This document shows positions 41,107 through 51,982 of a stretch of DNA of 64,000 nt, piece by piece. Both the position numbers and the translations under genes were made by a program. Numbering within the stretch: the first letter of the stretch is position 1; each line of letters starts with the position of its first letter. The notes under the pieces are model-generated. The model had not been told where the DNA came from and searched no databases. It worked only from the letters and a program-made list of their open reading frames with translations. This DNA comes from Spirochaetia bacterium (GTDB lineage Bacteria > Spirochaetota > Spirochaetia > SZUA-6 > Bin103), in contig CBDAOI010000001.1 of the NCBI GenBank assembly GCA_965198005.1, forward strand, positions 192,001 to 256,000. The letters run 5' to 3'.

Positions 41107-41880
41107 TCAGCGCGATCGTTCCAGCTTCTGCAGCGCCTTCGTGGCGCGCTCGGCGGCGCGGGCGCCTATCCCGCCGCCACCGGCCACCGCGCCTCCGCCG
41201 CCGCGCAGGCGCGGGTCCAGCAGGTCGCGCAGGGCGTCGCCGACCATGTTCAGGCAGTACACCACCAACGTCAGCGCCACCCCCGGCCACATCGCCAGCC
41301 GCGGCGCCATCTCCATGTACTGGCGCCCCTCGCGGCTCAGCATCGTGCCCCAACTCGGCACGTCCGGCGGCAGCCCGAACCCCAGAAAGCTCAACGACGC
41401 CTCGGCGATGATCGCCCAGCCGATCGTGATCGAGTAGATGATGATGATCGGCGCCGTGATGTTGGGCCACACGTGGCGCAGCAGCGTCTGCCGCGACGGG
41501 CTGCCGATCGCATGCGCCGCCTCGAAGTACGGGTTGCCCTTGATCCCGATCACGGCCCCCCGCACCACCCGCGAGTTGGCCACCCCGGAGGCCAGCGCCA
41601 GCATGCCGATGATCTGCGGGATCCCCTGACCGACTATGGTCATGATCGTCAGCAGCAGGCCCGGGAACGACATCCAGGCGTCCACCAGGCGCTGCACCGC
41701 GAGATCGAGCTTGCCGCCCACGAACCCCGCCACCCCGCCGATCAGCAGCGACACCACCACGCTCAGGGTGGTGGCGGCGAACCCCACCCCGAGCGACACC
41801 CGCGCCCCGTACAGCAGGCGGCTGAAGAGGTCGCGGCCGATGTGGTCGGTGCCCAGCGGGTAGGTGCTCGACGGCAAACC
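41107..41880 (-). pseudogene. 5'-truncated dppC
   Basis: PSSTYPLGTDHIGRD…GDALRDLLDPR; near-identical to the copies at 42703 and 50238. Confidence 0.85.
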
Positions 41881-42003
41881 GGTGATCGGACCGCTGCGCG
41901 AGATCTGGTGTGCGGATCTCGGCGTCCGCTCCTGATCGTTCCCGCTTAACCCGCGGCAATCGATTGACATCAGCTTGCGCACGGGTTGATATATGGTGGC
42001 GCA

Positions 42004-42234
42004 ATGGACAAGAGGCGGATATACCACTCCGATCCGGAGATAATGGGAGGAGTGTCCGTGTTTACCGGCACGCGGGTTCCCGTGGACAGTCTGATAGCGC
42101 ACCTGAAGGCAGGGGACTCTCTTGAGCAATTCCTCGAGGGGTTCCCGAGTGTGAGTCGTGAGCAGGCTGAGGGCTTCCTGGAATACGCCCTTTCGGAAGC
42201 GCTCGAGTCCACACCCCGAGAGCACGCGCACTGA
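42004..42234 (+). CDS. DUF433 antitoxin
   Basis: DPEIMGGVSVFTGTRVPVDSLIAHLKAGDSLEQFLEGFPSV. Confidence 0.88.
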   Translation: MDKRRIYHSDPEIMGGVSVFTGTRVPVDSLIAHLKAGDSLEQFLEGFPSVSREQAEGFLEYALSEALESTPREHAH

Positions 42235-42242
42235 TCCGCGTC

Positions 42243-42560
42243 TTGCTGGACGAACACCTGGACTGGCGTCTAGCACGCTTTTTCAACGATGCACACGAGG
42301 TGCGTTCCGTCCGTGGGATGGGCTGGTCGGGGATGCGTAACGGGGAATTGCTGGACGTGGCGGAGCACCTGTTCGACGTGCTCATAACGATGGATCAGAA
42401 CATGCAGCACCAGCAATACTTGCCCCGGTACGATCTGGCCGTGATTCTTCTTACATCAGTGAGCAATCGGCTGAAGGATACCGCGAGGATGGTTCCGTCG
42501 GTCGACAGAGTGATAGCTGCTGGGATCGAGCCGGGGAATCTCTACCTGGTAGTCGATTGA
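42243..42560 (+). CDS. DUF5615 PIN-like toxin
   Basis: LLDEHL…GWSGMRNGELL…FDVLITMDQNMQHQQ; the start may lie a few codons upstream. Confidence 0.85.
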   Translation: MLDEHLDWRLARFFNDAHEVRSVRGMGWSGMRNGELLDVAEHLFDVLITMDQNMQHQQYLPRYDLAVILLTSVSNRLKDTARMVPSVDRVIAAGIEPGNLYLVVD

Positions 42561-42702
42561 GCCGGTCCATCCGCAGTTTCCAAGCGGTATCTCGCCGTTG
42601 CAGCCGCCGATCCACGGTTGCGCAACGTTGAAAGCGGCCGCCCTCACCCCAGCAGGCCGTGGTGGAATCCGGCGTCGCACCGAGAGCGACGAGGCGCCCG
42701 GC

Positions 42703-43590
42703 TCAGTGGGAACGTTCCAGCTTCTGCAGGGCCTTCGTGGCGCGCTCGGCGGCGCGCGCGCCTACCCCGCCGCCGCCGGCCGCCGCGCCGCCGCCGCCGC
42801 GCAGCCGCGGGTCCAGCAGGTCGCGCAGCGCGTCGCCCACCATGTTCAGGCAGTACACCACCAGCGTCAGCGCCACCCCCGGCCACATCGCCAGCCGCGG
42901 CGCCATCTCCATGTACTGCCGCCCCTCACGGCTCAGCATCGTGCCCCAACTCGGCACGTCCGGCGGCAGCCCGAAGCCGAGGAAGCTCAGCGACGCCTCG
43001 GCGATGATCGCCCAGCCGATCGTGATCGAGTAGATGATGATGATCGGCGCCGTGATGTTCGGCCACACGTGGCGCAGCAGCGTCCGCCACGACGGGCTGC
43101 CGATCGCATGCGCCGCCTCGAAGTACGGGTTGCCCTTGATCCCGATCACCGCCCCGCGCACCACCCGCGAGTTGGCCACCCCGGAGGCCAGCCCCAGCAT
43201 GCCGATGATCTGCGGGATGCCCTGGCCGATTATGGTCATGATCGTCAGCAGCAGCAGCAGGCCCGGGAACGACATCCAGGCGTCGACGAAGCGCTGCACC
43301 GCCAGGTCGAGCTTGCCGCCCACGAACCCCGCCACCCCGCCGATCAGCAGCGACACCACCACGCTCAGGGTGGTGGCGGCGAACCCCACCGCGAGCGACA
43401 CCCGCGCGCCGTACAGCAGGCGGCTGAAGAGGTCGCGGCCGATGTGGTCGGTGCCCAGCGGGTAGGTGCTCGACGGCCCCTTCAGTCGGTCGATCATGGT
43501 CATGTCCATGTAGTGGAACGGCGCCAGCAGGTCGGCGAAGACGGCGACCAGGCACAGCAGCAGCACGATCGCGCCGCTGACCGCGCCCAC
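42703..43590 (-). CDS. DppC/OppC-like permease (ATG at 43690 is out of frame; internal GTG start)
   Basis: full permease motifs; one extra C near 43655 relative to 50238-51215. Confidence 0.75.
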   Translation of the reverse strand: MGAVSGAIVLLLCLVAVFADLLAPFHYMDMTMIDRLKGPSSTYPLGTDHIGRDLFSRLLYGARVSLAVGFAATTLSVVVSLLIGGVAGFVGGKLDLAVQRFVDAWMSFPGLLLLLTIMTIIGQGIPQIIGMLGLASGVANSRVVRGAVIGIKGNPYFEAAHAIGSPSWRTLLRHVWPNITAPIIIIYSITIGWAIIAEASLSFLGFGLPPDVPSWGTMLSREGRQYMEMAPRLAMWPGVALTLVVYCLNMVGDALRDLLDPRLRGGGGAAAGGGGVGARAAERATKALQKLERSH

Positions 43591-43780
43591 CGGCCGCTCC
43601 CTGATCAGCCGGCGCAGCAGGTCGCGCAGGAACGGCTGGCCCTTCGCCCCCTTCGGCCGGTAGCGCCTGCGGCGCGGTCAGGTCACCCATAACGGCTCCC
43701 GGTCCGAACGTGCCGGCCGCCGTGCCCGGCCGCGTGCGTCGTTGTCATCGTCTTCCATGTCACGCAGCGACCGTGTCCCC

Positions 43781-44746
43781 TCACCCGTACTGGACGCGCG
43801 GGTCCAGGTAGGCGTACAGCACGTCGACCAGCAGGTTGATGACCATGACCGCGACGGCGAAAAACAGATTGATGCCTGAGATGATCGGGTAGTCGCGATC
43901 GAACAGGGCGTCGATCATCAGCCGTCCCAGCCCGGGGATGGCGAACATCTGCTCCATGATCACCGCGCCGCCGACGATGATCGGTATCTGCAGACCCACC
44001 AGCGTCACCACCGGAATGAGGGCGTTCTTGACGACGTGGCGGAGGATGACCAGGCGCTCGCGCAGGCCCTTGGCCCAGGCGGTGCGAATGTAGTCCTGGC
44101 GGAGCACCTCCAGCATCATGGTGCGGGTCATGCGCATAGTGCTGGCGGCCAGGTAGGTGCCGAGGATCAGACCCGGCACGATGAAGATGGCGAAGTGGCG
44201 TACCGGGTCGTCGCTCAGGCGCACCAGTCGCAGCGGCGGTGACCACGCCCACCAGATCGCCGGAAACACCAGGATGATGGTGGCCAGCCAGAAGTTGGGG
44301 GTGGCGAGCCCGAAGATCGCGAAGGAGCGAGCGACGTAGTCGCCGGCGGTGTCCTGCCGCACCGCCGAGTAGATGCCGATCGGCACCCCGATCAGCAGCC
44401 CCACGGTCACCGCCACCAAGCCCAATTCGATGGTGGTCGGCAGGCGGCCGGCGATCAGCTCGCCAACCGGTTCGGGCCGCAGCAGCGGGGTGCCCAGATC
44501 GCCGCGCAGCACGATCGCCCCCATCCAGCGTGCGTACTGCACAGGCACCGGCACGTCCAGCCCCAACCGGCGCTCCAGCACCGCCCGGTCGATGCCGGTG
44601 CCGCCGCCGGCGGACTCCGCCATCCGGAACAGAAGGATGTCGACGGCGTCCCCCGGTATGAAGCGCACCGACAGGAACACCAGAATCGTCAGCAGGAAGA
44701 AGGTCGGGATCAGCAGCAGGACGCGGCGGATGACGTACGCTCTCAT
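43781..44746 (-). CDS. DppB/OppB-like permease
   Basis: paralogue of 32485 and 36303. Confidence 0.93.
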   Translation of the reverse strand: MRAYVIRRVLLLIPTFFLLTILVFLSVRFIPGDAVDILLFRMAESAGGGTGIDRAVLERRLGLDVPVPVQYARWMGAIVLRGDLGTPLLRPEPVGELIAGRLPTTIELGLVAVTVGLLIGVPIGIYSAVRQDTAGDYVARSFAIFGLATPNFWLATIILVFPAIWWAWSPPLRLVRLSDDPVRHFAIFIVPGLILGTYLAASTMRMTRTMMLEVLRQDYIRTAWAKGLRERLVILRHVVKNALIPVVTLVGLQIPIIVGGAVIMEQMFAIPGLGRLMIDALFDRDYPIISGINLFFAVAVMVINLLVDVLYAYLDPRVQYG

Positions 44747-44834
44747 GTCGGTGGCGACGATGTCGTGTCTCGGCAGTTAGAGGGAGGCCCCCGCCCTGGA
44801 GCGGGGTCCTCCACAAATCGCGACGCGGATTCGC

Positions 44835-46619
44835 TTAGAAGCCCATCTCCCGCTTCATATCCTGGTCCACCCACAGGTACATGAGGACGGTGGACCGCTG
44901 CATCGCGCCGAGTTCGCCTTCCCCGTTGTAGCCTTTGAGCCACGGCTGGGTGGCGCCGAACAGGGGAGCGATCGGCCCCCTGATCATCCACAGCTGCTCG
45001 GCGACGCGCAGGCCGGCCTTCCGCACCCACTCCTTCTGCTCCTCTATCGTGGTGGCGGCCAGCGCGTTCTCGTAGTACTCGTCGAACACGGGGTCGTTGT
45101 TGTTCTGGGGGTGCCAAGTGTTTTGCGACCAGTACGACGAGAGCGGGGCCGTGGCACTTTGATACTCGGCGGCCCATACGTCGGTGCGCAGACCGAGGTA
45201 TGTCTGCTCCAGGGACATCTCGATGTGTTCCGCGCGGGTAACGCCCTGGATCTCGACGTCGATGCCGATCTTCCTGAGGTAATCCATGGCGATCTGGTAG
45301 TAGCCGAGGTCGAAGAACTCGTAATGCTGATAGACGGTACTGAAGCGAACGCCGTCGTCGCCGCGCGGATAACCGGCCTCGTCGAGCAACCTCTCCGCCT
45401 CCTCGGGGTCGTACCGATAGTACTGCTTGACCTCGTCGGGCCATTCCTCGAACGGAACCGTATACCCGAGGACCGCTTTGCCAACAGGGCCGACCGGGCT
45501 TGCATCGCCCCAACCCTGCTGGTAGTTCTCGGCGATGGCCTCTTGGTCGATGGCCAGGCTCAAGGCTTGGCGCACGCGGATGTCGCTCCAGGGCTCCTTC
45601 TGGACGTTGAAACCGATCGCCGTTTCCGAACGGTAGGCATACGGGTGCAGCACCAGGTCGGGATTGGTCTTCTGCAGATTGACCGCCGAGTCGACACTGG
45701 TCAGATGGGAGTTGAGCCCGAACCCGATGAAGTCCGCCTGTCCGGAGCGCATCAGTGAGGTGATGGCGGTCGGGTCGTTGACGATGAGGTACTCGACCGT
45801 GTCCGCGTAAGGCAGGCGATAGTCGGGATACTTGGGGTCGAAGCCCCAGTAGTCATCGATCCTGGTGTAGGTCCAGGAGCTGCCCTCCACCACGTCGGTC
45901 AGCTGGTAGGGCCCCGTTCCGGTCACGTTGCGCCAGTCTTGCATGTCCCCGAATTGGTCGACCACCTCGCGGGCGACCACGAACGTATGTAACCCGTAGA
46001 GCATGGTCCTCAGGGCAAGGAGACTGGGCTCGCTCAACTTGAATACCACGGTAAAATCGTCGGTGGCGGTTACCGACTCGAGCGGGATCGTGCCGACTTC
46101 AGACCCCCCGACATCCGGGCTCGGCTCGCCGCCGTCCACACCCCAGACGAGCCGCTGCCAGCTGTACTCGACGTCGTGCGCGGTGAGCTGCCGGCCGTTC
46201 ACCGGCGCCTTGTCGTGCCAGAACACGCCGTCGCGGATCTTGAACACGTAGGTGAGCGGATCCGGGTTCTCCCAGCTCTCGGCCAGTTGTCCGGTGATGG
46301 CCTCATCGGCCAGGAATAGCGTGGTATAGCCGACCACGCTCCGGTCGATCGCCCAGTCGGCGATGCCGAGCTTCTCGTTGACCAGCCCGATCCAGGCTCC
46401 CGCGGTGTAGCGGTAGTAGGGGTCGATTCCCTCGTTCTTGAAGTTCACGACCGCTCTGATCGTGCCGCCATACTCGGGCGCGGTGACCATCTCGCCGGTG
46501 GTCGGGTCGAGCACCATCTCCTTCTCGGCCGCGGCTGCGGTGTCGCTTTCGCCGCTGGCGAACGTAATGGTAGCCACCAGCGCGAGCGCCAGCGGCAGCA
46601 ACATGAGTCTTGGAGTCAT
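44835..46619 (-). CDS. family 5 ABC solute-binding protein
   Basis: full-length paralogue of 33646 and 37434. Confidence 0.93.
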   Translation of the reverse strand: MTPRLMLLPLALALVATITFASGESDTAAAAEKEMVLDPTTGEMVTAPEYGGTIRAVVNFKNEGIDPYYRYTAGAWIGLVNEKLGIADWAIDRSVVGYTTLFLADEAITGQLAESWENPDPLTYVFKIRDGVFWHDKAPVNGRQLTAHDVEYSWQRLVWGVDGGEPSPDVGGSEVGTIPLESVTATDDFTVVFKLSEPSLLALRTMLYGLHTFVVAREVVDQFGDMQDWRNVTGTGPYQLTDVVEGSSWTYTRIDDYWGFDPKYPDYRLPYADTVEYLIVNDPTAITSLMRSGQADFIGFGLNSHLTSVDSAVNLQKTNPDLVLHPYAYRSETAIGFNVQKEPWSDIRVRQALSLAIDQEAIAENYQQGWGDASPVGPVGKAVLGYTVPFEEWPDEVKQYYRYDPEEAERLLDEAGYPRGDDGVRFSTVYQHYEFFDLGYYQIAMDYLRKIGIDVEIQGVTRAEHIEMSLEQTYLGLRTDVWAAEYQSATAPLSSYWSQNTWHPQNNNDPVFDEYYENALAATTIEEQKEWVRKAGLRVAEQLWMIRGPIAPLFGATQPWLKGYNGEGELGAMQRSTVLMYLWVDQDMKREMGF

Positions 46620-46889
46620 AATGTACTCCTCCTCGTTTTCGGGATCGGGACTGCGTCCCGGTACCCGTGTTTTTCTTGGGCCGGATACTCCGGCTGGTTC
46701 ACAAGGTGCTGGTGGCCGCCCCTGGTCGCCCCACGGCTGGGAGCGGACGGCCGGCTGTCGCGTCGTCGCTGAGGGTGACCGGCGGTGCTGGTCCGAAGCT
46801 GCCGGCCGCCGTGCCCACCGGCCTCGTGCGCAGGGGATGCGGCGCGGTCAGCCCGAGCGCTTAGTGCTTGACGTACAAATAGTTGCCGT

Positions 46890-46899
46890 GGGGGGGGGG
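46890..46899 (+). repeat. poly-G tract (G10)
   Basis: direct read. Confidence 0.88.
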
Positions 46900-47140
46900 T
46901 AGCAGGGCGCACCGGCTGCGTCACCGCTCGGAGCTGGTCGGCGTCACCGGCGAGGTTCGAGCCTATCGGTGGGTTGGGCCACCCGCTTCGCGACCCTGCG
47001 GGGCGGCGCCTCGGGCGTCGGTCTTGGCCCAACCGGTGGCAGCGCTGAGTAGTGTCGTCACGCACCATCCGCAGGGTAACACCCGCGTGGCATGCAGTCA
47101 AATGGCTGGAATTCCCCATCCGTCCGAGTCTCAAGTCGCT

Positions 47141-47169
47141 ACTACACCACGGCGCTCGACACCGGTCAA
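47141..47169 (-). promoter_or_regulatory. sigma70-like promoter TTGACC-17-TGTAGT
   Basis: box spacing; element related to 10570-10664. Confidence 0.45.
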
Positions 47170-47184
47170 GGACGCCATACGGCG

Positions 47185-47883
47185 TTAACCCGCCGCCACG
47201 GTTCGACGCCCAAACGTGCGCGGCCGAAAATCCTGCCGGTTGGTGATGCTGGCGCTGCTACCGGTGGCCCGGATTACGTACAGCCCCTGCCCCTCCGCAT
47301 AGCTAGCCGACGATTCGTCCGCTTTCAGATACGCTACCGCTCCGTAGATCCGCCGGCTGCCATATTCCGGCGCCAGCTCCGGGAAGTCCCGTAACAGTTC
47401 CAGCAGGTGGTCGACGTGCCTCACCTTCAGCGTGGTCTTTACTTCCACCACCACCACCTCGGCACCGTTGACGGCGAGAATGTCGATCTCCCACTGGCGC
47501 GCGCCCCCGCGCTGCTTCAGGTTGGTAACCGTGCGCTCGACCTCGATGCCGCGCCGTTTGAGCAGTTCGATAAGATCGCCCTCCACCAAGGCTTCCATCA
47601 GTTTGCCCCACTGACCGGTGAACAGGTCATCGAGCTTGCGTATGCGGCGGTCGGCGCGCTTGTCGCTTCAGCAGTTGATCAGTCTCCTGCGCTTGTCGCT
47701 TCAGCAGTTGATCAGTGTCCTGCATGCGGCGGTCAGTCTCCTGCATGCGGCGGTCTCCTGCATGCGGCGGTCGGTCTCCTGCATGCGGCGGTCAGTCTCT
47801 GTCTGGCTCTCGGACAGCTCGCGCAGGATATTCCATACTTCCTGTGGGGTTGCCGATTCTCGGTTCCCATCGTGATCAGCCAT
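47185..47883 (-). pseudogene. coiled-coil (ETDRRMQ repeats) + PD-(D/E)XK nuclease, DUF3782-like, frameshifted in the repeat
   Basis: ATPQEVWNILREL…ETDRRMQETDRR; QWGKLMEALVE…EIDILA…VVEVKT…IYGAVAYL. Confidence 0.8.
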
Positions 47884-47978
47884 GGCTACGCTTCCGCGAT
47901 CAACATAGCAGTTCCGGTGCAGACCGGCAATTGCCCGCAGGGAGCACCCGGGTGCCGCCGCACTGCCGGGCTCGACCC

Positions 47979-48515
47979 CTACGCGGCGTCGCCGGCGCCG
48001 AGACGGCCGGCGCCGCCGCGCAGCCGCGGGTCCAGCAGGTCGCGCATGGCATCACCCAACATGTTGAAACTGTACACCACGATCGTCAGGCACAGCCCGG
48101 GCCACAGCGCCAGCCACGGCGCCTGCTCCATGAACCGCCGCCCCTCCCGGCTCAGCATGCCGCCCCAGCTCGGAACCTTGATGGGCAGCCCGAACCCCAG
48201 AAAGCTCAACGACGCCTCGGCCAGGATCACGCCGCCGACGTTGATGCTGAAGACGATGATCAGGGGCGCCACGATATTCGGCAGGACGTGGCGTACCAGG
48301 ATCTGCGTAGTGGGCGCGCCCACGGCCTTGGCTGCCAGGAACTAGTCGTTCTCCTTCGTGGCCACCACCGCGCCTCTGACCACGCGCGAGCCGCCCACAC
48401 CGCCGGCAATCCCCAGCACCACGATGATCTGTGGCAGACCCCGCCCCGCGATCGACATGATCGTAAGCAACAGCAGCAATCCCGGGAACGCCATCCAGGC
48501 ATCGACGAAGCGCTG
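47979..48515 (-). pseudogene. 3' dppC fragment with a nonsense codon
   Basis: QRFVDAWMAFPG…KEND*F…GDAMRDLLDPR. Confidence 0.8.
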
Positions 48516-48739
48516 TCAAGCGCGGCAGCGCTTGCCCACCCGGCTGGCGGGACGGAGTGGAAGCTCAGGTTTCCGCCGAGTGTGCCGGGGTGGCACCGGT
48601 TCACGCCCGAGCGCCGCCGGCGTGCTCACGTTCACGGGCGGCGGTAAGCGTCGGTCACGCTGGACCGCGGGGTCCGGTAGGGGCCGCTCAGGGCGCCTTC
48701 GATCCGCGCCTCGCGCTCCGCCAGGGGGGCGTGCACGTC

Positions 48740-49020
48740 AGCGCTGACGGAGCGGTCGGCGTTGGCCACGCCCAGCACCACGAACACGTCGGGCGCCACC
48801 ATCGCCCGTGGATTCCCCTCCTCGTAGTACAGCAACGGATTGCCCGACACGTACACGTCCCGGCGGTTGCGAAAGTGGTGCCGCAGCCGGTCGACGGCGT
48901 AGGTCAGCGGGTGCGCTGGAAGTCGCTTTCCGCCATCGGCCGAGCCTGAACACTACGGTCGAATCGTCGGTGGCGGTGATCGAATCCCACTCGATCTTCC
49001 CAATATCTCCCCGCTTTCCG
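48740..49020 (-). pseudogene. Uma2 fragment fused to an SBP micro-fragment
   Basis: YVSGNPLLYYEEGNPRAMVAPDVF; GDIGKIEWDSITATDDSTVVF. Confidence 0.7.
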
Positions 49021-49023
49021 CCA

Positions 49024-49602
49024 TCATGATGCGGGTCCGTCTCCGTGCGAGACGCGCAGCGCGCTCAACCGCGCTGGAATGTCCGGCGCTTCCTTCACCT
49101 CGCAGAGCGGTTGCAGCTCGGCTTCAATCATCGCCCAGTCGAGCCGGGCGCCGGTGCGCAGCACGATGCCCTCAATATCCGCCCAGTCGCGCGAGCGATC
49201 CGCGAATGCTTTGAGCACTACCAGATCCTCCGCCGAGCACGTGTTCAGACGGACCTCGGGCAGGAATTCGTAGAGGGTCGCTCGTTCGATTACCCGCTGC
49301 TCGAACGGCAGCGCACCAAGTGAAATGTCGATCGGGATGCCGCGCGCGGATCGGAGCAGGAGCACCCGGGTACGGTGGGCGAATTCGGCAGCGCCCGCAA
49401 TGCGTCCGGGATACGCGCGGCAGAGCTGCTCGACATATGCGGTTTCTCGGCCGAAGCCGGTAAGAATGGTGAGATCCACGTCCCCGGTGAGGCGCGGCTC
49501 TCCCCACCGCTGGAGCGCCAAGCCACCGATGAAACAGAATTCCCAGCCGCGCTCCCCGCAGAACGACTGGATCTCATTCGCCAGGAGAAAGAGGTCGCGC
49601 AT
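49024..49602 (-). CDS. nucleotidyltransferase (AbiEii/DUF6036-like)
   Basis: FIGGLALQRWGEPRLTGDVD…AEDLVVLKAFADRSRDWADIE. Confidence 0.82.
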   Translation of the reverse strand: MRDLFLLANEIQSFCGERGWEFCFIGGLALQRWGEPRLTGDVDLTILTGFGRETAYVEQLCRAYPGRIAGAAEFAHRTRVLLLRSARGIPIDISLGALPFEQRVIERATLYEFLPEVRLNTCSAEDLVVLKAFADRSRDWADIEGIVLRTGARLDWAMIEAELQPLCEVKEAPDIPARLSALRVSHGDGPAS

Positions 49603-49819
49603 CCCGCAGTCTGGCAAACATCGCCTGCTGCTGCACCAGCCCGGACGTGGTTCGTACCGGACCGGCGAGCGTTGCTTCGAACGCACCGTCAAGAGACTCG
49701 ATGTGGTCGGCCACCTCGACATTGCGGAGTTCCGCGCGGCGCAACGCCGCCAGCCGGGCACCGGCAATACGCCACCGTTCGACGAACCCGCGCAACTCGC
49801 CGTTGAGATCGCCCGCCAT
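49574..49819 (-). CDS. small protein overlapping the NTase gene (putative antitoxin/partner)
   Basis: FVERWRIAGARLAALRRAEL…SGLVQQQAMFARLR; operonic overlap. Confidence 0.6.
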   Translation of the reverse strand: MAGDLNGELRGFVERWRIAGARLAALRRAELRNVEVADHIESLDGAFEATLAGPVRTTSGLVQQQAMFARLRDARPLSPGE

Positions 49820-49914
49820 GAGATGCAGTCTACGGATTCCGATCACGTCCGACAACAAAGCCTGCCACCCGCCCCACCCGCAGCCACCCTTGGCACATAG
49901 CGCCCTGCGGAGCG

Positions 49915-50142
49915 GCGGTCATGGGTACGGATCTCAGACCTCGACGTTGGTCTTCAACCTGATGCCATCGGCGCCGCGCGGGTAGCCGGCGTCGTCGAGG
50001 AGTCGCTCCGCCTCTGCCGGGTCGTGCCGGTGGAGGTCGCGGCGGAGGGCCTAACGCGCAACCTGCCCGGCTTCGCGCCGGTTGAAATAGACCCGGTAGG
50101 GCTACGACCTTCGGCGTCGATGTACTCCCTGATCTCGATCAT
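49915..50142 (-). pseudogene. RelE/HigB-like toxin 5' scrap plus SBP scrap
   Basis: MIEIREYIDAEGRSP; DPAEAERLLDDAGYPRGADGIRLKT. Confidence 0.55.
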
Positions 50143-50237
50143 CGCCGGCCGGTAACGAACAAGTTACCATCGGCCAACCAGCAGCGACAAGTGTGTTGGC
50201 ACCGGCGCGCCGCCGCACGGCCGGGGACAACCGAGGC

Positions 50238-51215
50238 TCAGCGGGATCGTGCCAGCTTCTGCAGGGCCTTCGTGGCGCGCTCGGCGGCGCGCGCGCCCAC
50301 TCCGCCGGCCACCGCGCCGCCGCCGCGCAGCCGCGGGTCCAGCAGGTCGCGCAGCGCGTCGCCCACCATGTTCAGGCTGTACACCACCAGCGTCAGCGCC
50401 ACCCCCGGCCACATCGCCAGCCGCGGCGCCATCTCCATGTACTGCCGCCCCTCACGGCTCAGCATCGTGCCCCAGCTCGGCACGTCCGGCGGCAGCCCGA
50501 ACCCCAGAAAACTCAAAGACGCCTCCGCGATGATCGCCCAGCCAATCGTGATCGAATAGATGATGATGATCGGCGCCGTGATGTTCGGCCACACGTGACG
50601 CAGCAGCGTCCGCCACGACGGGCTGCCGATCGCATGCGCCGCCTCGAAGTACGGGTTGCCCTTGATGCCGATCACCGCCCCGCGCACCACCCGCGAGTTG
50701 GCCACCCCGGAGGCCAGCCCCAGCATGCCGATGATCTGCGGGATGCCCTGGCCGATGATGGTCATGACCGTCAGCAGCAGCAGCAGGCCCGGGAACGACA
50801 TCCAGGCGTCGACGAAGCGCTGCACCGCCAGGTCGAGCTTGCCGCCCACGAACCCCGCCACCCCGCCGATCAGCAGCGACACCACCACGCTCAGGGTGGT
50901 GGCGGCGAACCCCACCCCGAGCGACACCCGCGCGCCGTACAGCAGGCGGCTGAAGAGGTCGCGGCCGATGTGGTCGGTGCCCAGCGGGTAGGTGCTCGAC
51001 GGCCCCTGCAGCCGGTCGATCATGGTCATGTCCATGTAGTGGAACGGCGCCAGCAGGTCGGCGAAGACGGCGACCAGGCACAGCAGCAGCACGATCGCGC
51101 CGCTGACCGCGCCCACCGGCCGCTCCCTGATCAGCCGGCGCAGCAGGTCGCGCAGGAACGGCTGGCCCTTCGCCCCCTTCGCCGGTGGCGCCTGCGGCGC
51201 GGTCACATCACCCAT
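50238..51215 (-). CDS. DppC/OppC-like permease
   Basis: intact, all motifs present. Confidence 0.92.
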   Translation of the reverse strand: MGDVTAPQAPPAKGAKGQPFLRDLLRRLIRERPVGAVSGAIVLLLCLVAVFADLLAPFHYMDMTMIDRLQGPSSTYPLGTDHIGRDLFSRLLYGARVSLGVGFAATTLSVVVSLLIGGVAGFVGGKLDLAVQRFVDAWMSFPGLLLLLTVMTIIGQGIPQIIGMLGLASGVANSRVVRGAVIGIKGNPYFEAAHAIGSPSWRTLLRHVWPNITAPIIIIYSITIGWAIIAEASLSFLGFGLPPDVPSWGTMLSREGRQYMEMAPRLAMWPGVALTLVVYSLNMVGDALRDLLDPRLRGGGAVAGGVGARAAERATKALQKLARSR

Positions 51216-51386
51216 AACGGCTCCCGGTCCGAAAGTGCCGGCCGCCGTGCCCGGCCGCGTGCGTCGTTGTCATCGTCGTCCGTGTCACGGCGTGACCGTG
51301 CCCGACCCGAAAATGCGGGCCGGAGGACGATCCCCGTGCGTCGGTTTCATCGTCTTCCGTATCACGGAGTGACAGTGCCTTGCTCC

Positions 51387-51932
51387 TCACCCGTATTGTA
51401 CGCGAGGGTCCAGGTAGGCGTACAGCACGTCGACCAGCAGGTTGATGACCATCACCGCGGCGGCGAAGAACAGGTTGATCCCCGAGATCAACGGGTAGTC
51501 GCGATCGAACAGGGCGTCGATCATCAGCCGCCGAGATAGTCGCCGACGGTGTCTTGCCGCACCGCCGAGTAGATGCCGATCGGCACCCCGATCAGCACCC
51601 CGACGATCAGCGCCACCACGCCCAGCTCGATGGTGGTCGGCAGCCGGCCGCCGATCAGCTCGCCGACCGGTTCCGGCCGCAGCAACGGTGTGCCCAGATC
51701 GCCGCGCAGCAGGATCGCCCCCATCCAGCGCGCGTACTGCACCGGCACCGGCACGTCCAGCCCCAGCCGTCGCTCGAGCGCCGCCCGGTCGATGCCGGTG
51801 CCGCCGCCGGCCGCCTCCGCCATCCGGAACATGAGGAGGTCGACGGCGTCCCCCGGTATGAACCGCACCGACAGGAACACCAGAATCGTCAGCAGAAAGA
51901 AGGTCGGGATCAGCAGCAGGACGCGCCGGATG
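51387..51932 (-). pseudogene. dppB with internal deletion and lost start
   Basis: …QDTVGDYLG|RLMIDALFDRDYP…DPRVQYG. Confidence 0.85.
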
Positions 51933-51982
51933 GCGGACCCCGCCCTCGAGCGGGGTCCTCGCCACGTAGCGACGTGGATTTG

